A DNA stretch of 64,000 nucleotides, from positions 34,412,001-34,476,000 of the forward strand of contig NC_086108.1 in the NCBI RefSeq assembly GCF_963921235.1, written 5' to 3'. This DNA comes from Mobula hypostoma (Eukaryota). The position numbers were made by a program, and so were the translations under genes. Below, piece by piece: positions 37,291-49,092 of this stretch (positions are counted from its first letter, which is position 1; each line of letters opens with the position of its first letter). The notes beneath the pieces are model-generated. The model searched no databases. It worked only from the letters and a program-made list of their open reading frames with translations, and had not been told where the DNA came from.

Positions 37291-40200
37291 ATACCATAAG
37301 ACCATAAGACACAGGAGCAGAATTAGGCCATCTGGCCCATCAAGTCTGCTCCGCCATTCAATCATGGCTGATCCTTTTTCTCTATCTCCTCCTCAACCCC
37401 AGTTCCCAGCCTTCTCCTTTGATGCCATGTCCAGTCAAAAACCTAACAATCTCTGCCTTAAATACACCCAATGACCTGGCCTCCACAGCTGCCTGTAGCA
37501 ACAAATTCCACAAATTCACCACCCTTTGACTAAAGAAATTTCTCCACATCTCTGTTTTGAAAGGGTGTCCTTCATCCTGAGGCTGTGCACTCTTGTCCTA
37601 GACTCTCCCACCATGGGAAACATCCTTTCCACATCTACTCTGCCTAGGCCTTTCAACATTCGAAAGGTTTCAATGAGATCCCCACCCCCCATTATCATAA
37701 GGGGGCACTGGTGGCATACCCAAATGCAAGGCACAGACACTGAAGTACTAGGAACAGGACTTGACTAGAGAACTAGAGTTAGGAACGGGACTGGATGCAG
37801 ACTAGGAGCTGGGACAAGAACACAGACTTGGGCTTGGAGATGACTAGGAAAGCGGGACCTGGACGAGGAACTTGAAACAAGGAGCCTGGACTAGGACTCC
37901 GAGCCAGAAACTGGACAGGAACCCGGAACATGGGTCTTGACTCGGGCTCGGAATCTGGATCCAGGCAAGGACTCGGGACTGGGAACAGACGAGACACAAA
38001 AATAGTACAGGGAATATGAAGCCTTGACATGGACTGGATGAGGCTCTAGGACGAGGCTTGGACAAGGAGAGGTTCTTAGGCGTGACCAGAGACTGGGCTG
38101 GGTGTGGAACTCTGGATTCGGCTGGGCTCCGCTATTGACTCTTGGACTGGACGAGGTACTCCTGGACGGGACGTGGCTCCAGGACCTGGCTTGGCTCAGC
38201 TCTTGGGTACTTGGCTGGACTCGGCCCTTGGACTGCACTTGGCTGGGCTCTTGGGTACTTGGACTGGGCTTGGCTGGCTCTTAGGTATTTGGTGGGGCTC
38301 AGAGCCGGGACTCCCTCTTGGGGCTCGGAGTCGGGACTCCCTCTTGAACACAGGGGCCGGGATGCTTTTCAGGATGCAGGGCCATGGTGGCTGCTGAGGG
38401 AACTTGCCGTGGTGACTGCCGAGAGAACTTGCCATGGTAACTGCCGAGGGAACTTGCCGTGGTAAATGCTGGGGTAATTTGCCATGGCAATTGTCAGGGA
38501 TACAGAAGGAAGGGAAGGGAATGGAACAGTCCAGCAGCCTGAGGCTCTTCTTCTCCTTCTTCTTCTTCTTGTTTAATGGCGGTTGGCAAACCAACTCTAA
38601 GGTGCATTACCGCCACCTGCTAGGCTTCCGTCTTCACCCAAACACGTCCTGGAGTACTCTGCTTTAAACATTCTAGTTCAGCCTGCAGATCTCTATTTAC
38701 ATCACTCTGTAATTGCAATTCATTTTACAAGTGTTGTATATGCTCAGTAGGTAGCAGTGCTGCAGACTGCTTTTCTTCCCTAATTTTTGTCACATGGTTT
38801 TCAAGGAATTGCATTATTGATTTCAACTGCATTATTTGTAAAACTAAAAGCTTTTTGTTTAAGTATATTAATTTTTGCATGTTTACCATTTAAAATTGCT
38901 GTTTTTCAAGTCTATCTGCTTTTTCCAAGTTTTTCTTTTCTTGAATGTAGTCTCTCATTGTTTACTGAGATCTTGAAGCTCTTCGTCCTTTGGTTCCGTG
39001 TTTTCATTTTGTAACCTGAATGTAGATAATTCACCTTACCACAATAACTTTTCCTTTTGTAATTTTGTAATAAGTTCTCCATTTTCAATCTCTTTCCAAC
39101 TCACTTTAGACAACTTAGTTCAACCTGTATATCTCTATTTGTTTCACTCTATAATTGCAATTCCTCTTGCAAATGCTGTATGCGCCCATTAGAGAGCATT
39201 GTCGCAAACTGCTGTTCTCCCTAATTTCTATCACATGGTTTTCAAGTAATTGCATCACATCAATTACATTGATTTCACCTGCATCATTTATAAGACTAAA
39301 ATCTTCTTATTTAATATTAATTATCACATGCGTAACTTTTAAATTTTGACCAGAGGCTGAATCCTGAAGCTATTTATGAAGCCAGCCCAAACGAGAATCA
39401 GCTGCCTCAACAGAAACTGGGGAAAACTGGAAACCTGGAATAGGGAACAATGGAGTGGACTGTGAACTGGAATGCAGACTTCGCGGGTCGGACCATGACA
39501 CCCATTCCTCTGAATTCCAGTGAGTACGGACTCAGAGCCATCAAATGTTCCTCATATGATAACCCTTTCATTCCTGGAATCATCCTTGTGAACTTCCTCT
39601 GGACCCTCTCCAATGCCATCACATCTTTTCTAAGATGAGGGGCCCAAAACTGTTCACAGTACTCAAGATGAGGCCTCACCAGTGCCTTATAAAGCCTCAG
39701 CATCACATCCTTGCTCTTGTATTCTAGATCTCTTGAAATGAATACTAACATAGCATTTGCTTTCCTCATCACCAACTCAACCTGCAAGTTAACCTGTGTT
39801 CTGCACAAGGACCCCCAAGTCCCTCTGCATCTCAGATTCCTGAATGTTCTCCCCGTTTAGAAAATAGTCCACACATTTATTTCTACTACCAAAGTGCATG
39901 ATCTGCATTTTCCAACATTGCATTTCATTTGCCACTTTCTTGCCCATTCTCCTAATCTACCTAAGTCCTTCTGCATCCTACCTGTTTCCTCAACACTACC
40001 TGCCCCTCCACCAATTTTAGTATCATCTGCAAACTTGGCAACAAAGCCATCTATTCCATCATCCAAATCACTGATATACAGCATAAAAAGAAGCAGTCCC
40101 AACACCGAGCCCTGCGGAACACCACTAGTCACTGGCAGCCAACCAGAAAAGGATCCTTTTATTCCTACCTGCTGCCTCCTCCCAATCAGCCAATGCTCTA

Positions 40201-41830
40201 ACCATGCTGTAATACCACGGGCTCTTAACTTGGTAAGCAGCCTCATGTTGGCACCTTGTCAAAGCCTTCTGAAAGTCCAAATATACAACATCCACTGCAT
40301 TCCCTTTATCTACCCTACTTGTAATCTCCTCAAAGAATTCCAACAGGTTCGTCAGACAGGATTTTCCCTGAGGGAAACCATGCTGACTTTCTATTATCTT
40401 GTCCTGTGTCACCAAGTACTCCATCATCCTTAAAAATTGACTCCAACATCTTCCAAACTACTTAGGTCAGGCTAACTGGTCTATCATTTCCTTTCTGCTG
40501 CCTTCCTCCTTTCTTAAAGCGTGGAGTAACATTTGTAATTTTCCAGACCTCTGGCACCATGCCAGAGTCCAATGATTTCTAATGCCACCACAATCTCTAA
40601 CACTACCTCTTTCAGAACCCTAGGGTGCAGTTCATCTGGTCCGGGTGACTTTTGTACCTTTAGGTCTTTCAACTTTTTGAGCACCTTCTTTCTTATAACA
40701 GAGACTGCACCTTCCTCTCTTCCTTCACACACACTGCTCCTTCATTCAGGCATACTGCTCGTGTCTTCCACAGTGAAGACTGACACCAAATTCTCATTTA
40801 ATTCAGCAGCCATCTCCTTATTCTCTCCCCCCCCATCTCGTTAATATTTCTCCTACCTCATTTTCTTGTGGTTCTATATCCACTCTCATTTCTCTTTTTA
40901 TTTTTAACATACTTGAAAAAACTTTTACTATCCATTTTAATATTATTTGCTAGCTTGCTTTCATATTTCACTTCTAATGATTTTTTAAGTTGATCTCTGT
41001 AGGTTATTAAAAACTTCCAAATCCTGTATCTTCTCACCAACTTTTGCTTTGTTGTATGCCTTTTCTTTTGCTTTTACAATAGCTTTGACTTCCCTTGTCA
41101 GCCACAGTTGTACTATTTTACCATTTGAGTATTTCTTCATTTTTGGAATACACGTGTCCTGCACCTTCCTCATTTTTCCCAGAAACTGACACCATTGCTG
41201 CTCCGTTAACATCCCTGCCAGCAGCTCCTTCCAATTTACTTTGGCCAACTCCTCTCTCACACTGTAATTTCCCTTACTCCACTGAAATACTGCTACATCA
41301 GACTTGACTTTCTCCCTATCAAATTCCAAGTTGAACTCAATCATATTGTGATCTCTGGTTCCTCAGGGGTCTTTTACCTTAATCTCCCTAATCACCTCCG
41401 GTTCATTACATAACACCCAATCCAGTATAGCTGCTCCCCTAGTAGGCTCAATGACAAACTGCTCTAAAAAGCCATCTCTTAGGCATTCAACAAACTCACT
41501 CTCTTCAGATCCATTACCAACCTGATTTTCCCAATCGACCTGCATGTTAAAATCTCTCATGACTACCATAATATTACCCTTTTCACTCACCTTTTCTATT
41601 TCCTGTTGTAACCTGTGATCCACCTCCCAGCCACTGTTGGGAGACCTGTATATAACTGCCATCAACGTCCTTTTACCCTTGCAATTTATTTACTCAACCC
41701 ACAAGGATTCAGCATCTTCCGACCCTATGTCACATCTTTTTACTGATTTGTTGCCATTCTTTACCAGTAGAGCCACAGCACCCTTTCTGCCTACCTTCCT
41801 ATCCCTCCGATACAACATGTAACCTTGGGG
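37291..41830 (-). mobile_element. CR1 LINE, most of ORF2 (APE + RT), pseudogenised
   Basis: APE: VIYRSPNS...VMRDFN...ILDWVLCN. RT: KSPGPDELHPRVLKE, QHGF, VDVVYLDFQKA, GVPQGSVLG, KFADDTK, LVRPHLEYC. Tail (CCATAAGA)2 at 37294. Confidence 0.95.
37693..39500 (-). mobile_element. LTR-like element (1808 bp, 5-bp TSD CCCAT), same family as 16138-17151 but with extra internal sequence
   Basis: CCCAT at 37688-37692 and 39501-39505. Minus-strand 5' end TGTCATGGTCC...GAAGTCTGCATTCC and 3' end CTCTAGTCAAGTCCTGTTCC...GCATTTGG are shared with 16138-17151. Internal repeats of about 25 bp at 38390-38490. Confidence 0.88.
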
Positions 41831-41967
41831 ATAGTAATGAGAAGAGGGCATGTCCTAAATGTTGAGGGTCCTTAATGATGGATGTCACCTTCCTTACACA
41901 CCTTTTGAGGATGTCCTCAATGGTGGGGAGCGTTGTACCCATGCAGGACCTGGCTAAGTCTACAACT

Positions 41968-42093
41968 CTGACGAAGGGTCTCAGCCTGAAACGTCGACTG
42001 TACCTCTTCCTAGAGATGCTGCCCGGCCTGCTGCGTTCACCAGCAACTTTGATGTGTGTTGCTTGAATTTCCAGCATCTGCAGAATTCCTGTT
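41968..42093 (+). mobile_element. Approx. 125-bp PLE terminal fragment starting at the hammerhead core, 12-bp TSD
   Basis: GTCTACAACTCT at 41958-41969 and 42094-42105. Insert begins CTGACGAAGGGTCTCAGCCTGAAACGTCGACTG. Confidence 0.9.
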
Positions 42094-43554
42094 GTCTACA
42101 ACTCTCTGCAGCCTCTTGCAATCTTGTGCATTTCAGGCTCCATATCTGGTTGTGGTGCAACAAGTCAAAATGCTCTCCACAGTACATCTGAAGAAATCCG
42201 CTGGAATCTTCAGTGACATATAAAATCTTCTCAATTTCTTAATGAAGCATAGCCACTGGTGTACCTTTATTATGATAGCATCAATGTGTTGGGGCCATGT
42301 TAGATCCTCTAAGACATTCATCCCTAGGAACTTGAAGCTCCTTCTTCCACTGTTGTGTGTCCTCTCACTTCCCCTTCCTGAGGTCCACAATCAATTCCTT
42401 GGCCTTGCTGACATTGAGTGCAAGGTTGTTGTTGCAAACCCAGTCAGCCAACTTATTTATCTTGCTCCTCATCCTCATCTGCGATTCCGCCAACAACAGT
42501 GGTGTCACCAGTGAATTTTTAGATAGCACATGGCTGTGGTTAGCCACACAGTATTGAGTATAGAGACAGTACAGTAGTGAGCTAGGCACACATCCTCGTG
42601 GTGTGCCTGCATTGATTGTCAGTGAGGAGGAGATGCTCTTATTGATCTGCATTGACTGTGGTCTCCCAATGAGGAAGTCAAGGATCAACTTGCAGAGGGA
42701 GGTACAGGGGCCCAGGTTTTGAAGCTTGTTGAGAGGTACTAAGGGAGATGAGGGTGTTCTGCACTCAAAGTTAAGGTTTCCAACAGCATTAAGGGTTGCA
42801 TATGACCTTCTTCCCTTCCATGTTAATGTATTTATGCAATTTTTTGAATAACTTTTATTAAGCAGGCATTTTGGATTCATTTCAAAAGAATATGTCCACA
42901 ATGTTCAGATTAATTTCAGAGTGATATGACAGGATTAAATTAGTGCTGCTCTCCACCCAGTGATTAATTATCAAAATCTAGGATCCTTTTTATAAACTTA
43001 AGGTTCCTTCTGTTTCTTAGGCAGGGATTTTCATTCTGCCTCTACTTTACATGCGCAACAACATCTTGTTAACTCTCAGCTTCCCCGTGTAGAATGCCAA
43101 TGGGCAACTCAGCCAAGGTGGGAGCTGGGGAGAGAGTTGCCCAAGCCAAGCTAATCAATTGATTAAAAAGTAAGCATGCAATTTTTTCTAAGCAAATGTG
43201 CAATGAAATTTTCTGCAAAAGAAACATGCTTCATTTATGGATATAAATCCTCGAGAAGAATATCTTCATTATTGAAGATTAACATATCGATACACAACAT
43301 TGGGACATCCAAAAGTACTCTGCAAAAAATATGTGTAGTTTTGAAATGGTCTCAAGGAAGTGGCTAAAATTTCCAAATTTCAGGAAGCACAGAAACCAGC
43401 CTGGCAAGATCAAGGATGACTTTGCATTTCTGAGGTGGCTAAGGAGGCCAACTATGCCACAGGTGGAGCACCTGAGATGGATGATCTATCAGTGAATTAA
43501 AGAAAGACAGATTTGCATTTGGATAGCATGGTCTATAACCCTAGATCTCAAATG

Positions 43555-45000
43555 ATCAAATTCAGAATTACATTTATTATCACTGACTTATATGAAATTA
43601 GTCGTTTTGCATCAGCTCTACAACAGAATAAAATTACTATGAATTAGGAATTAAATAAATAGTGCAACACTAAAGAAATTATAAGGTAGGTTTTTCATGG
43701 ACTGTACAGAAATCTGATGACAGAGAGGAAGAAGCTGTTCCTGAAATGTTGAGTGTGGGTCCTCGGGCTTCCTGGTAGTGGTCAGCAGAGGAAGGCAGGT
43801 CCCAGATGGTGAGAGTCCTTAACAATGTGTGCTGCCTTCCTGAGGCATCACCTTTTGAAGGCATCACTGTTGATGGGGAGTGTTTGATGTGGAGGAACTG
43901 GCAGAATGAGTCAGAACGCTCTCCACCATACATCCATAGAAATTTCTCTCCAGTGCGCCTCCTAGTCGCCACCTGAGATCTTGCCACCAACACTGGTGTC
44001 ACCTGCAGATTTACAAATGGGCTTAAACTGTGTTTATCCACATAGTCACGACTGTAGGAAGAAAGGAGCAGTGAGCTAAGCTCGCATCTCTGAGGTGAGC
44101 CAGTGTCAGCATCGACCCCACTGCTTGTTTTCTCACTATGAGGAAGTGAAGAATCCAGTTGCAGATGGAGATGCAGAGGCCCAAGTTTAGAAACCTGATG
44201 AGTAATGTTGAGGGGATGATGGTATTGAACGCTAAGCTATAATGCAGAAACAGCAGCTTGCTGTATGCTTTGCTGTGTCTAGCTGCTCCAAAACAGATTG
44301 GAGCCGGTGAGATGGCGTCTGCTATAGACCTGTTTCGGCGGGAAGCGAACTGCAGTCGATCCAGATCCTTGCTCAAACTGGAGTTAATTCTGGCCATAAC
44401 TAACCTTTCAAAAGCGCTTGGTTACGGTAGATGTGATTGATGCCGATCGTTGAAGCAGTTCATTCTGCTCCTCGTGGGCACCAGTATGATCGTTGCCCTT
44501 TTAAAGTGGTTGGGAACCTCAGATCCGCGGCAGTGAGAGACTCGAGATGTCTTTGAACATTCCAACCAGGTGGTCGGCAAAGTTTTTCAGGATCCAACCA
44601 GGTACACCGCCGGAGTCTAGGGAGGGTTCACAGTGTTGAAGGGTGTTCTGACATTGGCCTCCGAGACAGACATCACAGAGTTGCAGGATCTGTGGGGGTT
44701 CGCACAGATGTCGTGTTATTCTCCCTTTCAAAAGCTTTGAGCTCATCGGAGAGTTAGGCATCACTGCTGTTTATGTCGTTAAGTTTCGCTTTTTAGGGAG
44801 GAATGGCTACGGTGGATCTGATTGTGTCTCCAATAAGATGTAACATGAACGTCTTTTTTTCGCTCTCACGATGGCCTTCCGTGGGTCGTACCTGGATTTC
44901 TTGTAGGGTTCTGGATCGTCACTCTTGAACACCGCACATCTAGACCTCGGCAGATTACGAACCTCCTGGTTCATACAATTTGGGAAAACTCGATATGTGG
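43555..45000 (-). mobile_element. Rex1/Babar LINE, decayed and internally deleted
   Basis: ORF 44023-44397 (LDRLQFA...YSLAFNTIIPS) and ORF 44807-45064 (FPNCMNQEVRNL...YKKSRYD). Rex tail at about 43560-43740. Confidence 0.8.
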
Positions 45001-45066
45001 TACATTTACACATATGTGCGAGGAAAAACAGCACTTTTTTCACAATAATGTCCCCCAACAACATAA

Positions 45067-45186
45067 AGGTATATGGAGGAATTTAAGGTGGGGGGGGGGT
45101 TATATGGGAGGCAGGGTTTGAGGGTCGGCACAACATTGTGGGCCGAAGGGCCTGTAATGTGCTGTACTGTTCTATGTTCTATGTTT
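45067..45186 (+). mobile_element. Short CR1 3' tail
   Basis: Near-identical to 29576-29683; ends (GTTCTAT)2. Confidence 0.85.
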
Positions 45187-45839
45187 AAATGGCTGTGTTT
45201 TCTTTAAAGGGGCAATGAATGCTGTCAACTGGGTTTCTCTTTTGACCTGGGGTGTTTCTTAACTAGGTATTTATCCTACAGTAAATAGATTTTTAAAAAT
45301 CTACCCATATGCACCATGCATGAAGTATTTCCTAGAAAAAGCCGTTTCCCGACAACCAAGCAAACCCAGTATTCTGGCCACCGTGCCCTCTGATTATGTG
45401 ACTCACCTTTACTAGCCCCCCCCCCTCCTCAACGACCATTCTCTCCTCCAGCGGGGGCAACATGGACAGCTCGCTTCGGTCTTCCAGCATGTTTCCATCA
45501 TATATACGGGAAAGTCCCTCAGTAAGCGGCGCCACCTTCCTCAGTCAGAGCACCCATTTGGATGTGTTTCAATTAGCACAACTTTCAGTAACATCAACGA
45601 TATTCCAGTTTGCGATAATTCCTCTTGTCGGTAAACACAGAATTATTTTGAAGCTGACGGTGCTTAACAACCGTTGGCTCAGATATGGTAATCGCATGCA
45701 TGTGTATATAGATTTGTAATATTATGCCATGTATTAATACAGAGTGGGGAGCAGTTATTTTAACCGGGGTTGCCATTGCCTTTCAATATTTAAGTCCGAT
45801 GCAGAGAGTGATCTCGTTGCAAAGGACAGCCATCATTTC

Positions 45840-46350
45840 CACACACCGCACCCTCAGGAGCAGGCGTCGGTGGGGTGTGACTGCATATAGGGGCGAGCGT
45901 GCATCCGTTGCAAAGCGCTGACACCCGTTGTGCGAGCCAGCCCTCTTCGGGGATCGCAGCGCCGGCCTCTTCTCCCTCCAACCAGCCACCCTCCCCGGGC
46001 GAATCCAGGAAGCTGCCCCCGAGCTCTCCAGCCACACGGAACGCAAGTGATGTAACTTTACGCCAATCGGGTGGGAATTCCCGGCCGTCGTCCAATGGTG
46101 AGGGAGGCTGGGCTGTCGCGCTTTTGATTGGGAAGTGTGGCGCTGCCGCGAGAGCGAAGGGCAGCGGAGCAGCAGGAGTGAGCCGGCAGCGGAGCGCTCG
46201 GAGCCGGCCGAGGACAGTGCAGGCACTCGCTCGCCGGGCTCGAGTACCGCTGCTAGGAATCCACGATACCCCGCTGCCGATCAACAGTACGGCAACTCCT
46301 CTGGATGTATGGTGGACGTTGGGTTGTTTGCAACCCACCCCGAAATCGCT
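45840..46350 (+). promoter_or_regulatory. NOS1AP: CpG island, promoter and 5' UTR start of NOS1AP
   Basis: GC- and CpG-rich non-repeat segment directly upstream of the start codon, with CCAAT/ATTGG boxes at about 46063, 46092 and 46127. The TSS cannot be determined from sequence. Confidence 0.8.
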
Positions 46351-46510
46351 GAAGTTCCCTCATTAGTTTAGATGTAAAATATATTGTCCGTATGGTTCTG
46401 CCACTTGTATTTTTTAATTCGTCCAGCCTAGGACCATTTGCTTCTCCCCACCACCCCTGATTCTGCCCTGTCTTTTTTTTTGTGTGTTTTTTCTTCTTTC
46501 GCTCGCCAAC

Positions 46511-46615
46511 ATGCCAAGCAAAACCAAATACAACTTAGTGGATGACGGGCACGATTTGCGGATTCCTCTGCATAACGAAGAGGCTTTCCGGCATGGAATC
46601 AGTTTTGAGGCGAAG
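46511..46615 (+). CDS. NOS1AP: NOS1AP/CAPON (PTB-domain nNOS adaptor) coding exon 1
   Basis: GCCAACATG Kozak context. [35 protein letters not shown] (35 aa) is nearly identical to the vertebrate NOS1AP N-terminus as I recall it. Donor AAG|GTTTGT, phase 0. Confidence 0.96.
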
Positions 46616-46743
46616 GTTTGTAACTTTTCATCACTTCATCGAACGCGGGCGCTTGAGACTTTGATTCGAACGCGAGCCCCTTCTTTCGAAAGTACATCCC
46701 ACTTTACCGTCCCTTTTACATTGATTTATTTCTTCTTTCACAG

Positions 46744-46815
46744 TACATCGGCACACTGGACGTACCCAGACCAAACAGCAGGGTGGAGATCGTGGCTGCA
46801 ATGCGAAGGATTAGG
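46744..46815 (+). CDS. NOS1AP: NOS1AP/CAPON coding exon 2 (start of PTB domain); exon 3 not found in window
   Basis: Acceptor TTTCTTCTTTCACAG|, then [24 protein letters not shown] (24 aa), then donor AGG|GTGAGT. In frame with exon 1. Confidence 0.96.
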
Positions 46816-48024
46816 GTGAGTGACTGAGAGTTATTATTGTTTTGGTGGACGACACCTGATTATCTTCAATCAGGATTCATATGCCTTTGCACTGTGTGTG
46901 ACCTTCCCATGGATAACATACAGTGGACGCTCAACGAGATCTGAAGTGGCTCAGTTTCTGGTTGCTATATACTCGGGAGCAGAAGCAGAGCCGAGTGTTG
47001 AGCAGGTGGACTTTTGAACTGTGTTGATGTATCAGAAAGAAGTGGACTTCTGATTGGAAGCAAATGGATTAATGGTTAGGCGTTAATAACTGCGACTAAA
47101 CGCTTAAGTTATGTTTGGAGAAATATGAAGGTGAACAGTATCTGAGAAACGCTCCGAGTTTGCCTTACCAGTGTAGAACGGAACCACTACATTTAAGTGA
47201 TAGTTTATATCTTACTTCACCGTGTATGCATTCAGGGGAAACCTCATTGATATCAGGGGTAGTTATCTCCTGCGCTGCAAGTAGATTATTTCTTACTTTT
47301 TGTTGAATGAGGTTTCAGACTCCAAACATCACTGTGTTCTACCTTGTAGGGATAGTTGTTTTAGAAGGCTACAGTAGGCAGCAGGAGTGGAGCAACTGAA
47401 TGGATTTGTTCCGTATTATTTCATTTGACCTGCATTGTATGTCAGCTCCACAATCCACAAGCCCATCACCAGGCAACAACTTGCATTTATGTAGCACTTT
47501 ACTCTAATATTAATAATATTGTTTGAACACAATGATTTTCAGCACAGGTTGAATTATCTACCATCTGTTATTGTCCATTCAACATTTAGGCTCTGCAAAT
47601 GACTATTTGGTTCTTTCTGGTTGGACATTACTCTGCTCTTATAGTCATGACTGGCTTTTTCTTTTTTGATGAAGTGAACTGTAAACTTTAAAGCAAAGAA
47701 AAAAGAGAGACTCATTTACAAAGTGTCTTTCTTTATCCTTGGCACTGTCCAAACCTCTTTGTAACCCGTGAAAGTACTTTGGAAAGATCGTTATGGGGCC
47801 AGCATTGTATTTTGTGGGAAAATGCAGTATCCTGTTTGTGCACTGCAAGTCTCGGAAACAGCAAAGCAATAAATAGCCAGTAATCATTTGTGGGGTTATT
47901 GGTTAAGAAATTGGGTTTGGGCAGCATATTGGCAAAATTCTTGTTCTTGTGATCTTTGAATCAATATGAGGAGACTGAATGTTTAATGTCTCAAATGAAC
48001 AACAGTACACCACACCTAAATGTG

Positions 48025-48430
48025 TGGCCTTTGACGCAGTTGGTAGCACTCCCATCTTGGAGTTGGATAATTATCCTACTGCAGAATTCTGAGGACATAA
48101 TCCAGGTTGACACTCCAGTACAGTATTGAAAGAGGACTGCACATCAGAAATACTATCCTTTAGAGTGTTGTTACATTAAAGTTCTGCCTGCCGTCTTGGG
48201 TTGATGCAAAAGGTCTGATAGTCTGAATGCATGAATGACCTGTTCAGTATTTATCCCTTATAAAGGGAATAATCCGGCTAGCATTCATTATTATTAGAAA
48301 GTCCTTCATGTAAACATCTGTTTTCTGAACTTCCCAAATTTCAACAGTGACTCTCCTTCAAAAATCCTTCTTGACTGCAAAGTGTTTGGGGAGTTCATAA
48401 GACTCTGAAAGAAATTACAAAAGTGCATGT
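48025..48430 (+). mobile_element. tRNA-head DeuSINE (SacSINE1-like), decayed
   Basis: A-box-like GACGCAGTTGGTAGCACTC, Deu-like core CCAGGTTGACACTCCAGTACAGTATTGA, and ATTTATCCC. Related minus-strand remnants at about 47470-48000 and 52820-53140. Confidence 0.55.
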
Positions 48431-49092
48431 TTTTCTTTTTGAAAAGCATAGCTTTTGCTCAGCACGGCATCAAAGTGTGAGCCTGGGTTATGTCAGAATC
48501 CGAATCAGGTTTAATATCACTGATGTATGTTTGGCTTGGATCTACAACCTTTTTGGCATGCAGGTTAAGAGTGCTAGCACTGCACCAAGGCTAATCTGTT
48601 GCTTTTGCAGTGTTGCCAATGGCTTGGATACTTAGAGGTTCCAAATAAAATAATGAGATTACTGTAAAAGTGAGGTTAGCATAGGGTAGGAACAAGAGAA
48701 ACAATGGATAAAATAGTGATATTACAACAGAAAGCACTGAATGTTCGCACTCCCATTCCCCCAGTTATGTCTAGACAGTGAAATGCAAGAAATTAAGCAT
48801 TTGTCTCACTTTATTAGGTTAGTATCATGATTTTGGACAAGGAATTAATTTATAATTTCTAACTGTTGAATTCAATCCATGTTTGAATCTTTCAGCCTCT
48901 GAGCTGGCATAAGTTGATTGCTCATAAGAATAAAAGACACTCAACAATTCCTGTTAACATTCTACTGAACGATTGAATTATGCTGTTTTGTACTCCAGGT
49001 CCCTGTCACTGAAGTTGTTCTTTTAATGGTATTGTTCTTGGTACTCGTAGTGTTAGATGATGATTATATCACAGTGACCTGTATGCTTCGAT

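Larger units (their letters stand above)
37080..42735 (-). mobile_element. Rex1/Babar LINE (pieces at about 37080-37290 and 41830-42735) hosting nested CR1, LTR-like and PLE insertions
   Basis: 3' tail at 37080-37290. ORFs 42133-42390 and 42365-42901 carry Rex RT motifs (NKLQNLG...ILDFLIGRPQ...GTPRGC...NNLALNVSKAKELIVD). Confidence 0.8.

Noticed and set aside
45783..46371. Overlapping 78-182 aa ORFs on both strands
   Set aside because: Expected from stop-codon scarcity in a CpG island; no recognisable domain.
46484..46819. ORF-track 111-aa protein as the real gene product
   Set aside because: It reads through intron 1 and out of frame into exon 2. The true start is ATG 46511 with splicing at 46615/46744.
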